Source: a bacterium
GTDB taxonomy: Bacteria; JAHJDO01
NCBI GenBank assembly: GCA_043824255.1
Contig: JBDRTG010000027.1
Coordinates: 1 to 64,000, forward strand
Direction of reading: 5' to 3'
DNA length: 64,000 bases
The notes under the pieces are model-generated. The model did no database searches and had not been told where the DNA came from. It saw nothing but the letters and a program-made list of their open reading frames with translations. The translations under genes and the position numbers were made by a program. Below, one piece after another: positions 27,797-37,572 of this stretch. Numbering within the stretch: position 1 is the stretch's first letter; each line of letters opens with the position of its first letter.

Positions 27797-29146
27797 ATGC
27801 GGCGAGAGATTACAAGAAGAACACAGTGGTTCAGAGATGCGCGTTTCGGGACTTTTATTCATTTTGGCCCTTATGCACAATATGGTCGTGGGGAGCAGGT
27901 CCTTTTCAGGGAATTTCTTGATCAGAATAAATATGCTCAAAGAGCCATGGCATGGCAGGCTCATGAATTTGATGCGGGGGAATGGGCTCGTGTTTTCAAA
28001 AATTCAGGTTCTCGCTATACAGTAATGACAACGCGACATCATGACGGTTTTTGTTTGTGGGATACAAAAACAACCAACTATTCTTCAATATATGGCGCGG
28101 CAAAATGCGATTTTATCAGTAAGTATGTGAAAGCTATGAGAGAAGAAGGCTTGAAGGTAGGTCTTTATTATTCACTTGCAGATTGGCGGATACCTGCATA
28201 CTTTGCCGGTCCATCTGATGATCCCGGGGGGTTCAATGATTTTGTCAGTTATATTCATGAACAGGTCAGAGAACTCATGAGCAATTATGGAAAGATTGAT
28301 ATACTCTGGTTTGATGGTGCGTGGCCTCACTATGCGGAGGACTGGCAGGCAAAGGGAATGGTTAATATGATACGTAAGCTACAACCTGATATTCTTATTA
28401 ATCCCAGACTCGGGCCTATTCGTGGCATTGGAATCAAGGATGAAAAATATGTTAATGTTTTTGAGAACAATTCAGATGAATTAAGCGATTTCGCCACGTC
28501 CGAAAAATCTATCAGTCCTTCAGTACGGATTTGGGAAGCGCAGGACGTCAGCACCTGGCGTTGCTGGGGCTGGTCTGTTGGTGAATATTGGAAAAGTTCT
28601 GAAGAAATCATTGATAGGTTGGCGCAAACTGTTTCTCTGAACGGCAACTATCTCTTAAATGTCGGGCCAAAACCTGATGGTAGTTTGCCTTCTGAATATA
28701 AAACACTGATGGATGAAATAGGTCGGTGGATGAAGATTAACGGCGAGGCTATATATGGAACTGAAGGTGGGAATGTAGTCGAATTCTCTACTCGTGGATG
28801 GCAGATTCTTAAGGGTAACGTACTTTACCTTGTTATTTGTTTCTGGGATGGAGCTCCTTCAATGGAACTATCAGGGATAAAAACTCCTGTAAAATCAGCT
28901 CAACTTCTTGGGACTGATGTTACTTTAAAGGTTGAACAAAAGGATTTGAGAATAAAAATTAGTGGACTTCCTAAGGAAAAACCAGTGAAATTCCATCCTG
29001 TTATACGTCTTGAGTTTGAAAAAAAACCACAAGCGTATGGGATATTTAAATATCGTCTCTGGAAAGGTACCGCAAAGAGAATGGTGCCATGGGCAGCATC
29101 AAGATGTCATGGGGAAAAAATAACAGACTATACTAATAAAAGTTGA
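27797..29146 (+). CDS. Alpha-L-fucosidase, GH29
   Basis: WFRDARFGTFIHFG, TTRHHDGFCLW, ILWFDG, LLNVGP, NGEAIYGT; no signal peptide. Confidence 0.9.
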   Translation: MRREITRRTQWFRDARFGTFIHFGPYAQYGRGEQVLFREFLDQNKYAQRAMAWQAHEFDAGEWARVFKNSGSRYTVMTTRHHDGFCLWDTKTTNYSSIYGAAKCDFISKYVKAMREEGLKVGLYYSLADWRIPAYFAGPSDDPGGFNDFVSYIHEQVRELMSNYGKIDILWFDGAWPHYAEDWQAKGMVNMIRKLQPDILINPRLGPIRGIGIKDEKYVNVFENNSDELSDFATSEKSISPSVRIWEAQDVSTWRCWGWSVGEYWKSSEEIIDRLAQTVSLNGNYLLNVGPKPDGSLPSEYKTLMDEIGRWMKINGEAIYGTEGGNVVEFSTRGWQILKGNVLYLVICFWDGAPSMELSGIKTPVKSAQLLGTDVTLKVEQKDLRIKISGLPKEKPVKFHPVIRLEFEKKPQAYGIFKYRLWKGTAKRMVPWAASRCHGEKITDYTNKS

Positions 29147-29215
29147 AAAATCCTATAAATTATGAAATAGATTGATCGTTTTCTTGAAGATATGCTGAGT
29201 TTGTTGAATATTTAC

Positions 29216-30517
29216 TTATCTTCTCACCTTTCCCGCGGCTTTCCTAATTCCTTCAATCATTATATTGCAGTCTTCCTTTGTTAATCTTGGATGTATGGGG
29301 AGATTTAGTTCTCTCTTATAAAAGAATTTTTCTGCAACTGGACAGAGCTTGTCAGGATAGCCTAGCTTTTTTAAGCCGGTGTAGTGATATGTGGGTTGAT
29401 AGTGTAATATTGGTTGAATGCCATACTCTCTGTAAAGAACACGTATAAAAGCATCTCTTTCTATGCCCATTTCTTCTTCAACACAAAGAGTATAGAGGTG
29501 ATAAACGTGGTAACAGTTTGGGTCCTCATATACGGGGGTAATTCCTTCAATATCTTTAATCCCTTCATTAATATAGTGTCCAAGTTCTCTGCGTTTTTCA
29601 TTCATCCATTTTAACTTTTTGAGCTGGCATATACCGACTGCGGACTGGGTTTCATTCATTCTATAGTTATTTCCCCATTTTCCATTGTCATCTACAACGT
29701 CATGATGAGACGGGATCCAGTAATCAGACACACCTGTTTTTGTCAATGTGTATCCTGCAAAACTGAATGTGCTTTGTCCTTCAGGGAAGTCCCACGTTGC
29801 TGTATTCATTGCGCGAAGCCTTGCTACTTTTGCAGCTATTTCGTCATTATTGGTTGTAACCATACCCCCCTCACCTAATGTAGTCATGTTTTTTAAAGAA
29901 TGAAAACTAAAGCATCCCACATCCCCGACACTTCCTGCTTTTCTTCCTTTGTATTCTGCTCCAGGTGTATGTGCACAGTCTTCCAGAACGTACAGATTAT
30001 GTTTTTTGGCGATATCCATAATAGGGTCCATATCACACATCTGCCCGCCATAGTGAACGACATAGATAGCTTTTGTTTTAGGAGTTATCTTGTTTTCTAT
30101 TTGTTTTGGGTCGATGTTATATGTTTTCGGGTCAATATCTGAATATACAGGTTTTGCTCTCTCTTTTAAAAGCACAAGAGAAGTAGCAATAAAAGTATTC
30201 GGTGTAATAATTACTTCGTCACCTTCTTTTATGCCAAATGCCTGGGTTGCTGCATGCATCGCAGTAGTGCAGTTAGAGGTTGCAAGGGCATGTTTTACGC
30301 TGCACATAGCTGCAAATTCTTCCTGGAATTTTTCCAGATGAGGCCCTTTGGTTTGCCTGTCCTGCTTCATTGCTCTAAGAACAGCTTTTTCCTCTTCTTC
30401 ATCATACATTGCGCCAAAATAAGAGTAAGGAACTCTTAGTGTAACGCCATCGTCCGGCTTGGAACTTGTTGGTTTGCTTCCAGTAGCTTCATGTCCTGCT
30501 TTTTTTTCTTCAGCCAT
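29216..30517 (-). CDS. DegT/DnrJ/EryC1/StrS PLP aminotransferase
   Basis: VVHYGG, LEDCAH, FSFHSLKNMTTLGEGGM, NYRM, HVYHLY. Confidence 0.92.
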   Translation of the reverse strand: MAEEKKAGHEATGSKPTSSKPDDGVTLRVPYSYFGAMYDEEEEKAVLRAMKQDRQTKGPHLEKFQEEFAAMCSVKHALATSNCTTAMHAATQAFGIKEGDEVIITPNTFIATSLVLLKERAKPVYSDIDPKTYNIDPKQIENKITPKTKAIYVVHYGGQMCDMDPIMDIAKKHNLYVLEDCAHTPGAEYKGRKAGSVGDVGCFSFHSLKNMTTLGEGGMVTTNNDEIAAKVARLRAMNTATWDFPEGQSTFSFAGYTLTKTGVSDYWIPSHHDVVDDNGKWGNNYRMNETQSAVGICQLKKLKWMNEKRRELGHYINEGIKDIEGITPVYEDPNCYHVYHLYTLCVEEEMGIERDAFIRVLYREYGIQPILHYQPTYHYTGLKKLGYPDKLCPVAEKFFYKRELNLPIHPRLTKEDCNIMIEGIRKAAGKVRR

Positions 30518-30541
30518 TATTTTGCTCCTTTCATATTAACT

Positions 30542-32284
30542 CTACTCCCTCTCTTTCAAAGAGAGGGTTAGGGTGAGTTCTTCACTAAATACCGGTATTT
30601 CTTTAAATCTATGTTGACAGTTTTCATCATTATAAACATAAACTTTTAACACCAAACTGGATTTACCCTTTAGTTTTAATCTTATCTGATCTGTTGTGGA
30701 GTTGTAATTTGCCGCTGTTATTCTTGTGTCGTATCTGCTTCTTGCATATTCAGCAATATAATCATATCCCTTGAATATTTTTCCGTATTTTGAAGTTAAT
30801 TTGTCTATACCGTCCAAAACTTGTTCCCATTCCCCGATGTTCATAGCAGATATCCTCTGTTCATGTGTCAGAAGACATCCAAAGAATAAACTGTCCAGAC
30901 CCAGTGTTATTATCTCAACCCCTTTTCTTATTGCATTCTCTATAGCATTTTTTTTATTTTCTCCTTCGAATTTTGTATTCCCGTGAAGAAAATCAATGCA
31001 TTCTTCATAAGGGAATGTGTTTGATAAATTAAAGAATTCTGGGTAGTCAGGCATATAATCAGCAATAAAAGCGTATTTTCCGTCGCTTCTCTTTATCCCA
31101 TATGGTTTCCAATTTTCTGGCGAAGGATCGCTGTATTTTTTTCCAAACAATACAGAAATTCCCATTAAAAAGTTCTGTTCTCTCTTCTTCAGGAAGGAAA
31201 TAGAGTTAATTCCTGTTTCACAGTAATGCGCGTTAAGCACTCTTGATAGTTTTATTCCCCATGAAGAAAATTTTCTATCTACTTTTTCAAAAGTCTTTTT
31301 TAGTTCTTCTTTAGTATATTCTTCTCCGTTATGTTTCATATATATCATACTCTTAATTTTTCTATCCTTACTCTCTCCAAATGCATGTGGAGAAAATTCA
31401 GCAAGTTTCTTATCATGTTTTTTCTTTATAATTTTACCGTCACTATCTGTAATGTCATCAAGAAATAAACCAATGTTAGGAATATAGCCATATTTATTTA
31501 ATGTATCAATGTATCTGAAATTAACTACTGCGCTTTTTCCATTTGTTATGTAATGACTTCCTGAGCCGGAGCAGTCGTCTATTCTTGCTGTAACAAATGG
31601 AGGCATTGCTATTGTAAAAAAAGGTTTCTTTGCCGCCCAGATAATTGACTTATAAAAAAGCCCATCAAAACCGTGCAGATGTCCGAAATATTCACAGTGC
31701 CACATCCTGGGAGAGATAAAAAATTGGATAATTCTTCCTCTGCCAAGACGCGATAATCTCAAAACGGGATAATTTTCTAATGAGCTAACAAGATTATCTT
31801 TCTCAAAAGACGATGGCAGAATTGCCATTTCAATATCCTGCAAAAATTCTGCCTTTTGATTTTCTTCGTATGTTTCAGTAATAAAATGATGGGTATCTTT
31901 TATTCTTAGTCCTTTTGAGGTAGTAAATTTAATGTTTTTATCTGTGCCGATAAGTACATTACGTAGGACAGAAGGATAAGAATTCAGGTGATGATCAAAA
32001 TTAATCAATCCTATACCAGACTCTTCTATGGACTTTTTAATGCTGTCTCCATCAGCCGAAGAAAACTTTTCTCCTATTCCTTCCTGTGCAATAACAACAG
32101 CTCGACAGTCACCTATTTCCCCCGGGGTTAATTTTCCTTTCGATAAATCTATTATTCTGTAAGGAATTCCTAAATGCTCAAAAGCAAGAAAAAACCCTTG
32201 CTCAACATACTTAGATTCCTTCTTGCTCCTGTCTATCACTGTTAAGACTGCAAGGTTTCCTCTGCACTCATTTGAGTTTGTCAT
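30542..32284 (-). CDS. Hypothetical protein: GATase-like N-terminal region, NodB/deacetylase-like barrel
   Basis: Long ORF in operon; PPFVTARIDD and FSPHAF resemble polysaccharide-deacetylase-superfamily motifs. Confidence 0.5.
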   Translation of the reverse strand: MTNSNECRGNLAVLTVIDRSKKESKYVEQGFFLAFEHLGIPYRIIDLSKGKLTPGEIGDCRAVVIAQEGIGEKFSSADGDSIKKSIEESGIGLINFDHHLNSYPSVLRNVLIGTDKNIKFTTSKGLRIKDTHHFITETYEENQKAEFLQDIEMAILPSSFEKDNLVSSLENYPVLRLSRLGRGRIIQFFISPRMWHCEYFGHLHGFDGLFYKSIIWAAKKPFFTIAMPPFVTARIDDCSGSGSHYITNGKSAVVNFRYIDTLNKYGYIPNIGLFLDDITDSDGKIIKKKHDKKLAEFSPHAFGESKDRKIKSMIYMKHNGEEYTKEELKKTFEKVDRKFSSWGIKLSRVLNAHYCETGINSISFLKKREQNFLMGISVLFGKKYSDPSPENWKPYGIKRSDGKYAFIADYMPDYPEFFNLSNTFPYEECIDFLHGNTKFEGENKKNAIENAIRKGVEIITLGLDSLFFGCLLTHEQRISAMNIGEWEQVLDGIDKLTSKYGKIFKGYDYIAEYARSRYDTRITAANYNSTTDQIRLKLKGKSSLVLKVYVYNDENCQHRFKEIPVFSEELTLTLSLKERE

Positions 32285-32289
32285 AGTAT

Positions 32290-32964
32290 TTATTTAATAA
32301 ATTTCAGAACAGGCCATTCCTCATAAAAAGCAAAATCTGCCTTTGATAGAAGAGCACAGGAACTCAGTTCTACGCCTTTCGACAGATAAATAGAATAATC
32401 ATAACGGGATAGATGAAATAACCATTTATCGTTTTCTTTTGGTGTTCTTCCCCGCAATGTTGGTAAGCTTTCAAAAGGTATTGCAACTTCCATCTGCCAG
32501 TATTCATCCACATCTTCACAATTATTCAATGTCCCTTTTATTTTTATTCCGACTTTTAATCCTTTGCAATTCCATTTACTCCAGCGGTATGTGGCACCAG
32601 CAGATTCTCTTCTGACATTGAAAGCATCAAAAACTGTTCCTAAGGCATTGATCTCAAAATTATAATAGGGTTCTTTTTTGGGATGAGTCTTAAAGTAAAT
32701 TTCTAAACAATCTTCTCTGTAAGTAAATTCATCCCTTTTAGTAAAATATCCCCATATATCTTTGTCATATGCTTTGAATCCTACATAGAGATATTTGTTG
32801 TCCCATAGTAATCTTCCTTGTGTTTTACTTATGGGTTTTTCATTTGTTACGGGTATGTAAAAGTTCAGGATCTTGGCTTTATTCCATGTTTTTTCATTAA
32901 GAATGCCATCAATTTTTATTTTTTGCTCTGTATAATGGCACTCGTAAATGTATCTTTTTTTCAT
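32290..32964 (-). CDS. CBM9-like/DOMON-like carbohydrate-binding protein
   Basis: IKIDGILNE..W, LLWDNKYLY, EDCLEIY, YYNFEINALG, WQMEVAIPF. Confidence 0.8.
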   Translation of the reverse strand: MKKRYIYECHYTEQKIKIDGILNEKTWNKAKILNFYIPVTNEKPISKTQGRLLWDNKYLYVGFKAYDKDIWGYFTKRDEFTYREDCLEIYFKTHPKKEPYYNFEINALGTVFDAFNVRRESAGATYRWSKWNCKGLKVGIKIKGTLNNCEDVDEYWQMEVAIPFESLPTLRGRTPKENDKWLFHLSRYDYSIYLSKGVELSSCALLSKADFAFYEEWPVLKFIK

Positions 32965-32978
32965 CCTTTGTACCTTAA

Positions 32979-34013
32979 TTAATACTCACCGAATTTCCTT
33001 GCTGCCTGAATCATTGTTTTCATATTCTCAACTGGAACATCCCTTGGATTCATTTCGCCAGTATTGAATATATATCCACCATCCTTTTTACCAGTAGTCA
33101 TGATTCTCTCTGTTTCTTTAGCTATCTGCTCAGGAGTTCCATTCATCAACACATTTATAGGATCTAAATTACCTAAAAGACATGTTTTGCCTTTTACTGT
33201 TTCCTTTGCTTTTTCAATGTCTATGCCGGGCCCTACGCTTATTGCGCTCACTCCAAGCTGAGTTTCCAATTCTATATGAGGAACAGATTCCTCACTATTA
33301 TGCAAGAATGTTAGCCCTCCTGCTTCTCTATATGCTGTTGTAACTTTTTTACATGGTTCAAAAGCAAATTCCTTATACTGCTGCGCAGATATGAGATTGC
33401 TCATTGCATTACAGTCGCCTAGCCAGATAGCATGTGCACCTGCCTTGATCTGAGCTACTCCCCACATCTTTTGAAGTTCAACAAAAAATTCACAGGTATC
33501 TTTAAGCAACTTGGGATCTGTGTGAATAAGCATCATTGTTTCAGTAAGTCCGTATAGAAGCGCTACGGAAGAGAAAGGGGCAGCATTACTAGCGCACAAA
33601 CATACTCTTTCTCCAAAGTGTTTTCTTATTTTTCTTATTGCTTCAAGCTTTACAGACATTCTGCCGTCTTTGTTTGAATCGGGCATCTTGAGGTTTTTTA
33701 GTGTATCCTGTGTTGCCGGCAGATAATCTTTTGTTGCGCGAAGAATATTTCCTTCTCCATGACATCCAATTCCTAATACTTCGAATTCGATACAGTCGTC
33801 AATCTGCAGCCATGCCCAGTCATAATCAAACTCTTCTACAGCCGCAATCCATACCTCTGCTAACTTGTCTGCATCCTGACATACATCTTCATATGTGTAT
33901 TTCCCATACCATTTAACATCAAACTCTTCACTATTGGCAAATACAGGAACCTTCTTTGGAACGTCTAAGTTTACACATGTTCTGATATCCTCCATCACGT
34001 TTTCATAAGCCAT
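32979..34013 (-). CDS. Uroporphyrinogen decarboxylase (UroD/MtaA) family protein
   Basis: KDGRM...LEAI, APFS, QIKAGA, LLGNLDP, GGYIFNTG, VPVENM. Confidence 0.85.
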   Translation of the reverse strand: MAYENVMEDIRTCVNLDVPKKVPVFANSEEFDVKWYGKYTYEDVCQDADKLAEVWIAAVEEFDYDWAWLQIDDCIEFEVLGIGCHGEGNILRATKDYLPATQDTLKNLKMPDSNKDGRMSVKLEAIRKIRKHFGERVCLCASNAAPFSSVALLYGLTETMMLIHTDPKLLKDTCEFFVELQKMWGVAQIKAGAHAIWLGDCNAMSNLISAQQYKEFAFEPCKKVTTAYREAGGLTFLHNSEESVPHIELETQLGVSAISVGPGIDIEKAKETVKGKTCLLGNLDPINVLMNGTPEQIAKETERIMTTGKKDGGYIFNTGEMNPRDVPVENMKTMIQAARKFGEY

Positions 34014-34039
34014 ATTTATCCTCCTCTTTGTTTTTTCTG

Positions 34040-35068
34040 TTAATATTCACAATTATCCCTGACGGCTTTTGCCATTGCCTTCATATTTTCATAAGCAACT
34101 TCGAGCGGAATGCTATCTGTACAAAATGCATAACCTCCATTAGGTTTTCCTAATTTCAGAATTCTTTCAGTTTCCTTATAGACTTCCTCTGGAGATGAAT
34201 TTTGAAGATATTTTATAGAATCAAGATTTCCTAAAAGCCCCATTTTCCCCTGAAGCTTCTCCTTTGCAATAGACATATCCAGGGCTATCCCCACGTTTAT
34301 AGCATGTATTCCTGTTTGAGAATAAGTCTCCATGTAATCAACTTTGTCATCTGCAGGTTCATAAATTATTTTAAGTCCTTTTTTCTTGAGCTCTGAGACC
34401 AATCTTTTATTGGATTCAAATGCAAACTTTTTATACATATCCAGAGAAATTAATTTTGAAGACGCAAGACAATCTCCATACCAGATTGTATCTGCTCCAT
34501 ATTCCTGCTGAATTAACGCAAATTTCTTTTGCAAATCATAAAAGAAGTCCAAGGTCTTTATTATCACTGTTTCTGAATCAATAAGTGCCATCATCGTGTT
34601 TTCTATGCCATAAAGCATGACAGCTGAGCTAAAAGGGGAGGCAATTCTTCCAACAACAAGAGCTGTATCTCCCACAATTTTTTTGGTCTGTTTTAATGCA
34701 TTAAGAAATATCTTGATTTTTGGATCAACTTCAAAATTTGGTATTTTCAAAGAAGTCTTGGTTTCCTGTGATATTGGTAAGTGCGAGCCGATTCCAGGAA
34801 GTATATTGCCTGAACCAGTTATTTTTAAGCCAAGTGCCTCAAACTCCAGACAATCATGTAGTTGATATAATACCCAATCATAATTAAATTCTTCAAGAGC
34901 TTTTACTTGTGCTTTTACCATGGTGTCTGCTGAGGAAAGATATTCTTCATATGTTACCCCATAGTATGCTGCGTCAAATTCCTGGCTGATACAGAAGAAA
35001 GGAACTCTAGAAGGCATCTCTCCACGCGATATCTTTAGAAAATCTTCATGTATGCCTTTATATGCCAT
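34040..35068 (-). CDS. Uroporphyrinogen decarboxylase (UroD/MtaA) family protein
   Basis: EFEALG, SPFS, LLGNLD, GGYAF, ENMKAM; paralog of the neighbouring gene. Confidence 0.83.
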   Translation of the reverse strand: MAYKGIHEDFLKISRGEMPSRVPFFCISQEFDAAYYGVTYEEYLSSADTMVKAQVKALEEFNYDWVLYQLHDCLEFEALGLKITGSGNILPGIGSHLPISQETKTSLKIPNFEVDPKIKIFLNALKQTKKIVGDTALVVGRIASPFSSAVMLYGIENTMMALIDSETVIIKTLDFFYDLQKKFALIQQEYGADTIWYGDCLASSKLISLDMYKKFAFESNKRLVSELKKKGLKIIYEPADDKVDYMETYSQTGIHAINVGIALDMSIAKEKLQGKMGLLGNLDSIKYLQNSSPEEVYKETERILKLGKPNGGYAFCTDSIPLEVAYENMKAMAKAVRDNCEY

Positions 35069-35082
35069 AATATTTCGCTCCT

Positions 35083-36507
35083 TTAGTTAAGTGATTTTAA
35101 TCTGTGCTCTATCTTTTCATGCAGTTTAATCTTGAATTTTTCAGCTATTTCTGGTTCTTTATCAATAAGATTGTGTTTTTCTCCCGGGTCATTTTTTAGG
35201 TTGTACGGTTCATAAGAGCCTTTGTCTTCTTTGTTTTTATAATCATAGTGTAAAATCAGTTTCCATTCAGGCGTTCTTACTGCCCACAACATTCTTCCAT
35301 CATCAGGCAAAGTCTGCCAGCCGCATTTGAGCGTTTCCAGATAAGTTTCTTCATCGAAATCTGATTTTTCTCCCTTTATAAGAGGCATGAGAGAACGTCC
35401 TTCCGTTCCCTCAGGCATAGAGAGACCGAGTATATCAAATATCGTAGGCATGATATCTACCTGACTAATTTGAGTCTCTATAACTTTCCCCTGTGGCAAT
35501 GCCTTAGGATATCTCATAATCAGGGGAATTCTTATATTCTCTTCATACAGAGTTCCTGCCATTGAGCAGGATGCATGTCCCAGGGAACCTCTCTCCAGTA
35601 TTTCTTCTCCGTGATCTGAGGTTATTATGATCAATGTATCATCTAAGAGACCAAGTTCTTCCAGCTTCTTAACATAGCTTTCTATTTCCGTATCCAGCAC
35701 TCTCAAAGCTCCATCATATTGAGCCATCATTGCAGGTCTGTCTTCTTTGGAAAGAGTAAAAACTTTCCACGCTGTGGCTGTCTTTGCTTTCTGGTATTTT
35801 TCATTAACAAGTTTCGGATTTAAGATATATCCACGACCAGTTGTCTTTACCATTTTCATATATTTTTTAAAGTTTTCTGTAATTTTATAATCTTTAGGCA
35901 GGAACATTGTATCGTATGGAGGGACCGCTTTATAGGGAATATGGACATGATAAGGCATGGTCATCATGAAGAACAGGGAGTTCTTATATTCCTCTATTGC
36001 TTTAAAAAAGCCGCCTTTTTCCTTTATGTTTATAGTACACCCAAGAGACTGAGAGAGATTTCCTCCGAACTTACATATCGTTTGATATCCCTTTCTTCTG
36101 AGGATATTTAACGGAGGCTCCCAGTTTTCGAAACCCTCTTTAGACTTTAGATATGACCATGATATGTCTTTTATTCTGTTATAACTTTCTTCCGCCTCAA
36201 GTTCGTGAGTATGAGGATAAAGACCCGTGTAAACAGAAGCCACGCCAGGATAGGTGTGAGCAGTTTGAGCAAATGCATTCTTAAACAAGACCCCTTCACT
36301 TGCTAATTTATCGATAAAAGGACTTGTTTTCTTTGGATATCCATAGCAATGTAAGTTCATGGGTCTGAAAGCATCAGGCATAATGAGTAAGATGTTTATT
36401 CTTGAATCAGGTCTTTTAGAATCCGTGAAACCCGTGCTCCAAGCAATAAAGCTGAATATTAATCCTACGGTAAGCATTAGGACTCTCCTTGTTATTAGTT
36501 TTTTCAT
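35083..36507 (-). CDS. Exported sulfatase/alkaline-phosphatase superfamily protein
   Basis: Signal/TM; NILLIMPDAFR; TYPGVASVYTGLYP; HVHIPY; TSDHGEE; YNLKNDPGE. Confidence 0.85.
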   Translation of the reverse strand: MKKLITRRVLMLTVGLIFSFIAWSTGFTDSKRPDSRINILLIMPDAFRPMNLHCYGYPKKTSPFIDKLASEGVLFKNAFAQTAHTYPGVASVYTGLYPHTHELEAEESYNRIKDISWSYLKSKEGFENWEPPLNILRRKGYQTICKFGGNLSQSLGCTINIKEKGGFFKAIEEYKNSLFFMMTMPYHVHIPYKAVPPYDTMFLPKDYKITENFKKYMKMVKTTGRGYILNPKLVNEKYQKAKTATAWKVFTLSKEDRPAMMAQYDGALRVLDTEIESYVKKLEELGLLDDTLIIITSDHGEEILERGSLGHASCSMAGTLYEENIRIPLIMRYPKALPQGKVIETQISQVDIMPTIFDILGLSMPEGTEGRSLMPLIKGEKSDFDEETYLETLKCGWQTLPDDGRMLWAVRTPEWKLILHYDYKNKEDKGSYEPYNLKNDPGEKHNLIDKEPEIAEKFKIKLHEKIEHRLKSLN

Positions 36508-36574
36508 TATACCAGGATTATAGAGTAATTTGTCTATGGATTATATTACTTTTTTCTGGATATTCTTGTGATTT

Positions 36575-37567
36575 TTATCCTAGGAAATTCTGGCGGTATT
36601 TTTGTGGAGGATAGCCTGTTATTTTTGCAAACACTCTGCTGAAGTGATTCGGATCATCATATCCCACAAGATTTGATACCTGTGATACATTGAGGTTTAA
36701 TCTACTAAGAAGCTTTTTCGCATTTTCAATACGGATCTTCATCAGATATTCATGGAAGGTATGGTTTGTATGGTGTTTGAATAGATTGCTGAAGTAGTTA
36801 GGACTCAGATAAACTGCTTCAGCAACATCTTTAAGGTTCAGAGTTTTTGTATAATTGGTTTCAATAAATCTTTTAGCTTCTATGATAATCTTTTCATGTC
36901 GTGAATGTTCCCGGGATGGGACATTTTCTATTTCAATAAAAGGCATGGCTTTTCTAAGCTCTTTTTTCCACTGTTCTTTTTGTTTATTTGCCTCTACTAT
37001 TTTCTTCTGCTGTTTGATAAGCTTTTCCTGAAGCACAATTACAGATTCTTTTTCTACGATGAAATTGGCCATGAAAAACATGAGGTTTACTACTATATCC
37101 AGTTTCTCATGTGAAATAACTTTAACCTTTTTATACGCATCTTTAAGTTTGTTATGATCAATTTTTAAATCCAGAGTTTTCTTTCTTATTGAAAGGAATT
37201 TTTTATCTGTTGGTTTATTAGTAAGTATTTGTCCTGAAACAAGAGCTCCTATAAGCTTATTTTCCATTATTATAGGAACAACAATGTCAGTTAGCCCCCC
37301 GTGACATTGGTAAACATGAGGCTTTCGGTTCAGGAAGGCAGTATTAATAGCTCCTGCATCCGAGAGAGCGCATCGAGCTTTACCTTTTTGTGTGGAATGT
37401 ATGATTTTGCAGAACAGGCTTCTTTCCGACTTAGGGAAAAAATCCATATCTCCCCCTCGTCTGCCTACTATAAAAGATATCGTCATACCAGTTGCTTTAT
37501 AAAACAACCTTCGGAGTTCTAATAGGAGTTTTTTACTTAAAATGCCATCTATTGATTTATGATCCAT
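36575..37567 (-). CDS. PocR-sensor AraC-family regulator (start probably ATG 37567)
   Basis: FCKIIH...RCALSD...YQCHGGL; LSPNYFS.LFK, VGYDDPNHFSRVF. Confidence 0.88.
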   Translation of the reverse strand: MDHKSIDGILSKKLLLELRRLFYKATGMTISFIVGRRGGDMDFFPKSERSLFCKIIHSTQKGKARCALSDAGAINTAFLNRKPHVYQCHGGLTDIVVPIIMENKLIGALVSGQILTNKPTDKKFLSIRKKTLDLKIDHNKLKDAYKKVKVISHEKLDIVVNLMFFMANFIVEKESVIVLQEKLIKQQKKIVEANKQKEQWKKELRKAMPFIEIENVPSREHSRHEKIIIEAKRFIETNYTKTLNLKDVAEAVYLSPNYFSNLFKHHTNHTFHEYLMKIRIENAKKLLSRLNLNVSQVSNLVGYDDPNHFSRVFAKITGYPPQKYRQNFLG

Positions 37568-37572
37568 GGTTA

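Noticed and set aside
32979..35068. hemE assignment
   Set aside because: No RQAGR motif and no tetrapyrrole context
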